From: an uncultured virus (IMG/VR IMGVR_UViG_3300012012_002042)
Taxonomy: Duplodnaviria > Heunggongvirae > Uroviricota > Caudoviricetes
Virus record (IMG/VR): IMGVR_UViG_3300012012_002042
Reading direction: 5' to 3' (one strand)
Length of the DNA: 64,000 nt
Shown here: positions 7,967 to 15,935 of the stretch, piece after piece
Layout of the letters: every line of letters begins with the position of its first letter
How positions within the stretch are numbered: position 1 is the first letter of the stretch
Translations under genes and position numbers: made by a program
Notes under the pieces: generated by a model
The model's input: the letters and a program-made list of their open reading frames with translations, nothing else
What the model was told of the DNA's origin: nothing
The model's database searches: none

Positions 7967-10900
7967 ATGTTGAAACAATTGAGAGCCGCGGAAAAATCCG
8001 TCGACACAAATCCAACCCCGGCACAGGCCGAGGCTGGAAACTACGCACACGGCCATTTGCGCATGCTCGGCTTTGATGTGTCCATCGAGAACCCCAAGGA
8101 CTCGATCCGCCGCGGCACCGACAAGTCCGGAAAGGATTGGGAGGTGAAACTCAAACACTCTTACGGATACATCCGCGGGACCGCGGGAGCCGATGAGGAT
8201 CACCTGGACTGCTTCATTGGCGATCACCCCGAGTCGGAATTGATCTACGTGATCGACCAGCACATCGACGGGAAATTCGATGAACACAAATTGGTTTTCG
8301 GCAGCCTCTCGGAGGAGGATGCGCGCGAAGTGTATTTGTCGAATTACGAAAAGGGCTGGAAAGGGCTCAAACACATCACCCCGCTCACGAAGGCCCAATT
8401 GCGTTCGTGGGTGGACAACGGAGATCAGACGAAGAAACTCAAAGGACAGAAAATGGATTTTCACAAACGCGCCGGCATCTCCGCACCCGTTGCATCGAAC
8501 ATTGAGGGGGTTCTGAATACCGCCTCTACCGTCACAGACCTGACGAATAAAGCCGCGCCGGTTGTGCGGGCTGCGCCTGGCCTGACTCGGGCCGCTCCCC
8601 TCGTAGGGAGTATCGGAAAGCTGGCCGCACCTGCTGCCATGCTCAGCACCGCAGCAGATCTGAATGCTGTTGCGCGGGACTCCGAGGGAGCTGCGAAGGA
8701 TTTCAATCAGGACTGGAACAACTCCGGTGTCGCTGGTCGTGCGCTTTCTGTTGTCGGCAGTCCAATCAGGACGCTCAATGCCGCAGACTACAATAACAAC
8801 AACGCCGCCCGCGTTGCTGCCGCCAATTACACACCACCAATTCAGGCGCCGCAACCGAGCTTTCCGAAGCCGACGCAGACATCCGCACCGGCGGCGCTTG
8901 TACCGAAGCCGACCCCCAAACCAGCCATCAAACGCGCCGGGATGCTTCCAGGGCTGGCAATGGACGCAGTCGGAATGGTATTGCTGCCCCAAGCTTCACA
9001 TAATGAGGAAGCGCCGCACGTGAAAGGCGTCTCCACGGCGGAGCAGGTCAGCCGGGATTCAGATTTGATCTCAGGACATCTCACACGATACACCTACGGA
9101 GGCAAAGGTGCGTGGATGGCGGCGAAGGAGAAAATGCCGTCAGTGGCCGGGGATGTGGCGGACGCAATCGAACGTGCGCGCGCTCGCTTCAAAAAGCCCG
9201 AACTGCCCGAGGGCGAATATCACTCCTACTTCACACCGAAAGGTGATGAGCTGTATCAGAAGACATTGCTCCCGTTGCATGAGCAGGTGTTGGGGGATGG
9301 AATTGAAAAGGAGACGGCGGAGCCGGAGGCTGGGGATGTGCCGGTGTATGAGGATGAGCATCAGAAGATTTATCCGGCGGCGAAATGGACGGCGAAGGAT
9401 CAGGAGGATTTGGAGGATGCGTCGAAGTCCGCCGCCGCCCAGCAAGGCTGGTCTCCAGTCGCTATACAGGAACTTCAGGCACGCTTCGCCGCTGACCAGA
9501 AATCATCTGCCTTCCACACATTCTATGGAGAGCCGCTGTCATTGCAGGAGGCGGTGAAGACTGCATTTGCGGATATGCGGTTCACGGAAATTATTCCGGA
9601 TGAGGCTGACGACGAAACGGAAAAGAATGCCTCGCTCCTTCAGGAATTGAAAATCGCCAAGGAGCATTCAGATCGCGGTGATTACAAAACCAAGGCTGGC
9701 ATTATTCGCGGCCTCATGGTTTCGCATGGGGATGAATTCGATGTGGAGCCTTCTGAGGAGAGTTCGCACGTCGTGGGAATTACGCACCGACCCACGGGCT
9801 TCCGGATGCACATTCCGCGGACGGAGATCCCGCCGGCGAAATTGCAGTCAGAGCCGGAGCATTTGATTTCCTACGTGCCCGAACCCGCACTGGAGGCAAT
9901 TCGCAAACACGGACTGCTGAGCGGGAATGAATTGGCGAAGCCGGAGAATCGGCATCTCCTCAACCTGGCACGCTCCGCTGATGACGGTGGCGGCGCAGAG
10001 GGATGGCTGGCACGACGCGCGCAGGCATTGAAGGACAAACCATGGAATACTTCGTACTCCGGTCCCAGCGCAATGTTCGGGCCGCCGGATGAGGGGAAGC
10101 TGCATGACAAACATCCGACGAAGCGTTTCAAGTCCGTGCCGGTTCGCATTCGTCTCGCGCAATTGCTGGTCAAACATCCGGGCACGAAATTGCATGGGGC
10201 GGAGCTGGTGCCGTTCAACGAGAAATACGACACGATGTCCGAAGAGGAAAAGGACAAGCACGTGCGGGTGCGTCATCATGATCTGACTCCCAAGGAGATT
10301 TCCGCACTCATTCAGCGCGCGAAGAATCCGAAGGAGATGTGGCAGCACTACAACGATCCCGAGGGCAAGACATACTCTGGCAACGTACCGCACGCGCATG
10401 TCATTACTCCGCACGGGAAAATCGATCCGGAGTTCCTGGAGTTTCCGGACGCGGAGAAATCTGCAGGGCTTTCGCCGGAACAGGCAGTGCTCGCCAAAGT
10501 CCGGAAACATTTGGACAAGGCCGGCCACGATCCCGATGAAGATTGGGAGAAGTCGGCATTGCATTGGAGCAAAGATCTCACCCGCGACATCATGGGCGGC
10601 CGCAATTATCCGGTCAGCTATCTCACCGGCGAATTGGGTGAGGTGGGTGAAGCCATCAAGAATCTGGATTGGGAGAATTTGAAAGAGGAGTTGGGGGATT
10701 CCGCCTACGCCGCCCAGATGCTGATTGCGCAGCGCACAGGGTTGAATCTCCCGGTGCTCGGCGCGAATGCGCAGATCAAGAAATTCTACGACCGTATCGA
10801 ACGCTGGAAGAAAATATTCGGAGATCAGAATATTCCATTCTCCGTGGACCATCTCAGCGGCGGAAGCAATTACGCCAAGCCGGAAAAGATTCAAAAGGCT

Positions 10901-13312
10901 TTCGCCTTGGCCGGGCATCAGATGTCACCGGAGGAAGCTGCCGCCATCTCCCAGGCGGAAACCGTGACCGACGCCGACGAATTCCTCACACCCGAGATCG
11001 TCAAACACGCCGCTGACCAATGGGACAAACTCCGCGAGGAATTGAAGCCTAATCCGAAAATGCCGATCATCCCGATCCCCGGCCTGCGGAATGCCATGTT
11101 CGTGCCGAAGGAGAATTTTCAACAGGACCAACCCATTGAAGGTCTCTCCCCCGACATTCACGCGCTGGCGAAAGCCCACGGCTTGATCGGCTACGACCCA
11201 CGCCCCGAATTCAACAACGAATCCGTGATGCGTCACGAAATGGGTCACTCCAAAATGTGGGACCATGACTGGGCTCACAAACTCCGCAGCCCTGGTCAAG
11301 CCCTGTCCGGATGGTCCCAACTCCTCGCCATGCCACTCGGCGCCCTGCTTCACAAGCGGTCACCCCTGTTGGCCCCTGCACTCACCGGCGGAGGTACGGC
11401 GACCGGGTTCATCCCCACCATCGCCGGAGAATATCATGCGGACTCAGCTGGAAATATTAGCACGGCAGATCCGATCATCGGGAATTTCCGGAAGACCTAC
11501 TGGAACGCGGCGGGGTTCAATACGGCGATGTCCGCGATGTTGGCGACGGCCGGCAGAGGCACAGCCAAACTGGTGAATGCCTTGATGCACAAGGTTGCTT
11601 CCGTGCGTCCGGTAAATGTGCCCTCGCGGGACAAGCTGCCATTCCGGGAGTCTGCCGAGGTCATTCTGCGTGATGGAGACGACCTGGTGGGAATATTGGC
11701 TGAAGGGCATGGTGGGAAGAAATTCCTCAAATTCCCCGGCGGCGGCATTGATGAGGGCGAAAGCATTCAGCAGGGCCTGGAACGTGAGATGATGGAAGAG
11801 GCAGGCGTCACCGGTCACGGGATGACTGGGCATGGGCATTCGCAGATCATCTGGCATCCCGACATGGAACAGCACAAGCCGGAGAAGTATGCCAAATTCC
11901 AGGGCAGCCGCCGGCATGTATTCTCGGGGTGGTTGAAATCGAGTGGCAAGCCGACGTCGAAGGAGGGTGATGAATTGACTGGCAGCATGCGTATTCCGAT
12001 TTCGAAAGCGGTGGCGCATTTGCAGGACCAGATCGCACACCCTGAACACGATTCCGATGGCGGAATGCTCCGACACCGATTCCTGCAACTCGCAGCCATT
12101 CATGAATTGATGGACTCGCAGCATGAGAAAGAGGCCGCCGTAGCAAAGGCAATTCCAACCACCGGCCCTGAGGCCCTCGCATATCATCTGGGTCGCATCA
12201 ACCTCGACGATCTCGAAGCGCAGAACCACGCGCTCGTAAAATCCGGCAAAGTGTCCAAGCGTGATCAGGCAGTGAAGATCCTGAATATTGTCGAGGGGAT
12301 GCGCCGGAATGAATTGCACCCACGGGAATTGATGATCAACCACGTCCCCGTCATCCCCGCAGCATTCCGCCCATATTCCTTGGCCGGCTCCTCATTCATT
12401 CCAGGCAACGCCAACGAACTGTATCGAGACCTGTTCACCAACCGGAAAGTTTATGACGAGGCGAAACGTGAATTGGGTCCTGAAGGTGAAGGCGAGGCCG
12501 CACACAATCTCTACAACGCAGTGCGCGCCGTTTATGGATTCGGCGAGCCCGTCAACGACAAGGCCCGCGCGCGCGGCGTTACAGGCTTCTTCGAACAGAT
12601 CACCGGCAGCTCGCCGAAATTTGGTTACGCTCAGCGACGTCTCCTCTCCAAGCCAGTGGACAATGTCGGGCGAGCCACGATCACCATCAATCCCGATCTC
12701 GGGCTTGATGAGATTGGCATTCCGCGGGAGATGGCGTGGGATATATTCGACACGAAGTTGCATCGGCATTTGGTGAAGAAGGGATTTTCCCCGGCGGATG
12801 CGGCATTGTCGCTGCGTGATCGGGATGACCATGCGAAGAGGGCATTGGAAGATGTGGTGCCGAATCATCCGGTGCAGTATTCGCGGGCTCCGGCGTGGCA
12901 TCAGTTCTCGACGTTGGGGGCGATGCCGAAACTGTTTGATGGGAATACAATTCAAATCAACCCTTATGTTACAGCTGGCTTAAACGCCGATTTCGACGGG
13001 GACGCTATTAACGTGCACGCGCCGACTTCCGAAGAGGTTCTGAAGGAAACCCGCGACATCTTGATGCCATCGAAAATGCTGTTCACAATTCGGGACCAGG
13101 ACAAGGTAATGCCGACGATCAAACATGAGTCGTTGCTGTCATTACACAACGCGGGGGCGCGGGCATCCGTCAAGGTCTGGAATTTCCCTTCACATGCCGA
13201 GGCCTTGGCTGCGGTGCGCAAAGGGACGGTGCCATTGCATGACTCGATCGTATTTCCGGGCAGTGAGGAAATGGAGATGAAAACTCAGGGGCTGCCTCCT
13301 GTCGTGAAATAG
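7967..13312 (+). CDS. rpoC: polyvalent protein: PPase-like, ART-like, MazG-like, zincin and Nudix domains plus the catalytic half of RNA polymerase beta'
   Basis: NADFDGD (12983-13003), VPVIPAAFRP, RRLLSKPVD, SRAPAWH; Nudix box GGGIDEGE..LEREMMEEAG; HEMGH; GELGEV..LKEELGD; N-terminal IENPK..YGYIRGT.GADEDHLD..FDEHK. Confidence 0.9.
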   Translation: MLKQLRAAEKSVDTNPTPAQAEAGNYAHGHLRMLGFDVSIENPKDSIRRGTDKSGKDWEVKLKHSYGYIRGTAGADEDHLDCFIGDHPESELIYVIDQHIDGKFDEHKLVFGSLSEEDAREVYLSNYEKGWKGLKHITPLTKAQLRSWVDNGDQTKKLKGQKMDFHKRAGISAPVASNIEGVLNTASTVTDLTNKAAPVVRAAPGLTRAAPLVGSIGKLAAPAAMLSTAADLNAVARDSEGAAKDFNQDWNNSGVAGRALSVVGSPIRTLNAADYNNNNAARVAAANYTPPIQAPQPSFPKPTQTSAPAALVPKPTPKPAIKRAGMLPGLAMDAVGMVLLPQASHNEEAPHVKGVSTAEQVSRDSDLISGHLTRYTYGGKGAWMAAKEKMPSVAGDVADAIERARARFKKPELPEGEYHSYFTPKGDELYQKTLLPLHEQVLGDGIEKETAEPEAGDVPVYEDEHQKIYPAAKWTAKDQEDLEDASKSAAAQQGWSPVAIQELQARFAADQKSSAFHTFYGEPLSLQEAVKTAFADMRFTEIIPDEADDETEKNASLLQELKIAKEHSDRGDYKTKAGIIRGLMVSHGDEFDVEPSEESSHVVGITHRPTGFRMHIPRTEIPPAKLQSEPEHLISYVPEPALEAIRKHGLLSGNELAKPENRHLLNLARSADDGGGAEGWLARRAQALKDKPWNTSYSGPSAMFGPPDEGKLHDKHPTKRFKSVPVRIRLAQLLVKHPGTKLHGAELVPFNEKYDTMSEEEKDKHVRVRHHDLTPKEISALIQRAKNPKEMWQHYNDPEGKTYSGNVPHAHVITPHGKIDPEFLEFPDAEKSAGLSPEQAVLAKVRKHLDKAGHDPDEDWEKSALHWSKDLTRDIMGGRNYPVSYLTGELGEVGEAIKNLDWENLKEELGDSAYAAQMLIAQRTGLNLPVLGANAQIKKFYDRIERWKKIFGDQNIPFSVDHLSGGSNYAKPEKIQKAFALAGHQMSPEEAAAISQAETVTDADEFLTPEIVKHAADQWDKLREELKPNPKMPIIPIPGLRNAMFVPKENFQQDQPIEGLSPDIHALAKAHGLIGYDPRPEFNNESVMRHEMGHSKMWDHDWAHKLRSPGQALSGWSQLLAMPLGALLHKRSPLLAPALTGGGTATGFIPTIAGEYHADSAGNISTADPIIGNFRKTYWNAAGFNTAMSAMLATAGRGTAKLVNALMHKVASVRPVNVPSRDKLPFRESAEVILRDGDDLVGILAEGHGGKKFLKFPGGGIDEGESIQQGLEREMMEEAGVTGHGMTGHGHSQIIWHPDMEQHKPEKYAKFQGSRRHVFSGWLKSSGKPTSKEGDELTGSMRIPISKAVAHLQDQIAHPEHDSDGGMLRHRFLQLAAIHELMDSQHEKEAAVAKAIPTTGPEALAYHLGRINLDDLEAQNHALVKSGKVSKRDQAVKILNIVEGMRRNELHPRELMINHVPVIPAAFRPYSLAGSSFIPGNANELYRDLFTNRKVYDEAKRELGPEGEGEAAHNLYNAVRAVYGFGEPVNDKARARGVTGFFEQITGSSPKFGYAQRRLLSKPVDNVGRATITINPDLGLDEIGIPREMAWDIFDTKLHRHLVKKGFSPADAALSLRDRDDHAKRALEDVVPNHPVQYSRAPAWHQFSTLGAMPKLFDGNTIQINPYVTAGLNADFDGDAINVHAPTSEEVLKETRDILMPSKMLFTIRDQDKVMPTIKHESLLSLHNAGARASVKVWNFPSHAEALAAVRKGTVPLHDSIVFPGSEEMEMKTQGLPPVVK

Positions 13313-13351
13313 TTTGTCAAACTCGCCAATTGCCGTAATATCCTCCGCACC

Positions 13352-13915
13352 ATGAATATCTCCACACTTGTCATCCGTTCCTACGCCGTCATCGTCAACT
13401 ACCGCGAAATGATCAAAGGGCTCCTGGCCTCGCTCGATGCGGCGACTTCCAACCAAAGCGATGTCGAAGTGATGCGACTGCAGCAGGCAGAATCCACCAC
13501 AGTCGCGCAAGGCGTGAATATCGCCGACCGTCTGAAGACGGCTGACGCCCGCCAGAAAGCCGCGGCGAAGCTTCGCACGGCACTCCACGATCAGGTCGCA
13601 GCACTGGATCACGCAGCGGTGGAACTCATCCAGGATATTTCCAATCATCCCGAGACGCCGATCACCGTGCCTGCCGAACCCGCGGAGGTCGTCACCATGC
13701 ACGCCGACGAAACCACCGAAGTCGTGGTGGCAAATGTGAAGGTTGTCTCGGCTTTGATCAATGGCGGAGACCCCGAAGAGAAAACTCTTCCGGCCCCGGC
13801 TGCTCTGGACGAGGCTCCGGATGAAGCTCCGACTGTTCTGGACGAGGCTCCGGCTGAAACTCCCGGAGACGTGGAGATCGCCGACGTTCCGGTGGACGAG
13901 GCTGAGAAGGTGTAA
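13352..13915 (+). CDS. hypothetical coiled-coil protein with an acidic tail
   Basis: Helical N-terminus; LDEAP repeats near the C-terminus. Confidence 0.65.
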   Translation: MNISTLVIRSYAVIVNYREMIKGLLASLDAATSNQSDVEVMRLQQAESTTVAQGVNIADRLKTADARQKAAAKLRTALHDQVAALDHAAVELIQDISNHPETPITVPAEPAEVVTMHADETTEVVVANVKVVSALINGGDPEEKTLPAPAALDEAPDEAPTVLDEAPAETPGDVEIADVPVDEAEKV

Positions 13916-13963
13916 TCAACGCGAGGCTTGCCAAGTATTCCCGGCCGGTGATATTGGAGGCTG

Positions 13964-14224
13964 ATGAATACCAAATCCGAACCCGCCCCGCTCCAACAAC
14001 CAAGAACATTCGCGACACTGCGCGGAGCGTTTCGAGTTTTCAGACTGAAATGCCCGAATTGCGGCGGAAAGAAATTGGAGCCGGTATGTCAGTGCTGTTC
14101 CAATTGGCGACAGATGCCGCACAACGTCGGGAAGCAACCGGAATTGCACATGGTGCAGTCCTGGGCACGGCGTTTCGCAAAAGGCCACGGAAATGACTCG
14201 CATAAGGCAGGCGGTTCATTGTAA
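13964..14224 (+). CDS. hypothetical Cys-rich (zinc-ribbon-like) protein
   Basis: CPNC..CQCC; competes with overlapping ORF 13948..14196. Confidence 0.35.
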   Translation: MNTKSEPAPLQQPRTFATLRGAFRVFRLKCPNCGGKKLEPVCQCCSNWRQMPHNVGKQPELHMVQSWARRFAKGHGNDSHKAGGSL

Positions 14225-14234
14225 TCTTCAACGC

Positions 14235-14885
14235 ATGTCTCTACTCTCCGATCTCGAGAAAACGCGCGCGCTGATGGCGGACCTGATTAAACTCGCGTTC
14301 CAGCCACCGCCAGGCCCGCCAGGAGGAAATATGCCGCAAGGTCAGACGGCACCCATCGGCGCTCCACCCGCGGTAGATCCGTCCCAAGGTCAACCCATGC
14401 CTCCCGGTCCGCCTCCCGGAGATCCGTCACAGCAGCAAGGCCCGCCTCCCGGAGATCCTTCGCAGCAGCAAGGTCCACCTCCCGGAGATCCTTCGCAACA
14501 GCAAGGTCCACCTCCAGGTGATCCGGCGGCTGGTGGTGCTCCGCCTCCGGGAGATCCTTCGCAGCAGCAAGGGGCACCTCCGGGTGGAGGGATTGACCCG
14601 GGTCAATTGGCGCAGGTTTTGCAGCAATTGCAGCAGACCAACGAGAAAACTCTGGCCATTGCACAGCGCAACGAAAAGGCTCAGGAAGCATTGCATGCGC
14701 AGATGGCGAAGACCCGTGAGGAATTCGCGGTGGTGCGCGCCATGTCGGCGCAGGCGATGAAAGCCTTGCAACAGCCGACTTCATTTTCACCGGCACCCGG
14801 GCTGGATCATCACGCCAGTCAACAGTATGACCAGGCTGCAGCGCCTGCGCCGGCTGGTGGGGCGCCCGGTATGCCACAGGGATAA
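14235..14885 (+). CDS. Pro/Gln-rich disordered protein with a K-x-A leader
   Basis: MSLLSDLEKTRALMADLIKLA followed by GPPPGDPSQQQ repeats and a coiled coil. Confidence 0.75.
   Translation: MSLLSDLEKTRALMADLIKLAFQPPPGPPGGNMPQGQTAPIGAPPAVDPSQGQPMPPGPPPGDPSQQQGPPPGDPSQQQGPPPGDPSQQQGPPPGDPAAGGAPPPGDPSQQQGAPPGGGIDPGQLAQVLQQLQQTNEKTLAIAQRNEKAQEALHAQMAKTREEFAVVRAMSAQAMKALQQPTSFSPAPGLDHHASQQYDQAAAPAPAGGAPGMPQG
14406..14580 (+). repeat. 33-nt coding tandem repeat (GPPPGDPSQQQ, about 4-5 degenerate units)
   Basis: Visible in DNA and protein. Confidence 0.85.
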
Positions 14886-14894
14886 TTTCGCGAA

Positions 14895-15122
14895 ATGCAA
14901 ATTCGTTTACGTCGTACCAATGGATCGGTCGTCGCATTGCCGGAGGATGCGAAGTTCATCGAGATTCTCGATCTCGACGGCAATCCTGGGATCGTCATCA
15001 TTGCGGGACATCAGCAGATCAAAATCTGCAGGCCTGAGGATGAAGAGTTCCGTAATTACGCGGGCATATTTTCACTGAAACCATCTGAAGTGAAAACCAT
15101 CCCAATGCCGTCACCCGAATAA
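14895..15122 (+). CDS. hypothetical protein
   Basis: 75-aa ORF within the operon. Confidence 0.65.
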   Translation: MQIRLRRTNGSVVALPEDAKFIEILDLDGNPGIVIIAGHQQIKICRPEDEEFRNYAGIFSLKPSEVKTIPMPSPE

Positions 15123-15125
15123 TTT

Positions 15126-15935
15126 ATGCTGCAAGTAGGCACATCTCCGCTGAATCGCTCGAGCCTGATCACAGGCAGCGTAGTATTTCCTCTGGCCTTC
15201 GAGTTTGTCCCTGCCATCAGCGTATGGGTCCAACGCGTGACCGGCGACAATCTGATCAGCGCGTATCCTGCCAACGTGACCACGACCGGATTCGATTACG
15301 AATTGGATCATGTCCCCGATGACACGGACGATTATTCCCTCGGGTGGATTGCCGCGGATACCGTTCTCACTACACTCCCGTTGTCCACGTTGGGAGTGAG
15401 GGCCACGCAGATGACCCTCATGGCGGCCATCCCGGAGGACAACGATTTGATGGCGATGGTGCAGATGAATCCGACGCCGCGCAGTTTGGTGATTCCGTTT
15501 TCCGTATTGCGGCAAACATTTCTGTCGGCATTGTCGAGAGCGCCAGTCAGCCCGAATGATTCGCTGGGCGGCACGTCACTCACCAATCAAATATTCGTCA
15601 GCGGCGGATACCTGTATGCATTCAACGGCACTTCGTTTGCTCGGGTGGGTTTGGCGAACACGGGCTGGAATATTCCCGACACCGCCCGCAAACGAATTCG
15701 CGAGACCGTGGCATTGACGAGCGGCAACCAGGTGCAAGTGATCCCGTTCCTGACGGATAAAATCTTCCCAAACACGCCCGATGTGATATTTTCGATCTCG
15801 TGTTCAGACGCGACTCCCTTCATGATCACGGGCATTCGGACGGCGACGACCACAGCCAATTTCACTGTCACTCTCAGCACCGCGCCGCCCACCGGGAATT
15901 ATTCTATCACCTACGACGCCACTTCACCGCTATGA
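15126..15935 (+). CDS. putative structural protein with two lectin-like beta-sandwich repeats
   Basis: FP..F...P...VTTTGF...Y..W.A pattern at the N-terminus and a related copy at the C-terminus; precedes the fibre genes. Confidence 0.55.
   Translation: MLQVGTSPLNRSSLITGSVVFPLAFEFVPAISVWVQRVTGDNLISAYPANVTTTGFDYELDHVPDDTDDYSLGWIAADTVLTTLPLSTLGVRATQMTLMAAIPEDNDLMAMVQMNPTPRSLVIPFSVLRQTFLSALSRAPVSPNDSLGGTSLTNQIFVSGGYLYAFNGTSFARVGLANTGWNIPDTARKRIRETVALTSGNQVQVIPFLTDKIFPNTPDVIFSISCSDATPFMITGIRTATTTANFTVTLSTAPPTGNYSITYDATSPL

Noticed and set aside
7967..13312. Inteins or introns explaining the extra length of the RNAP gene
   Set aside because: No C/S...HN splice-junction motifs or LAGLIDADG blocks seen; the extra domains lie N-terminal to the RNAP part rather than inside it
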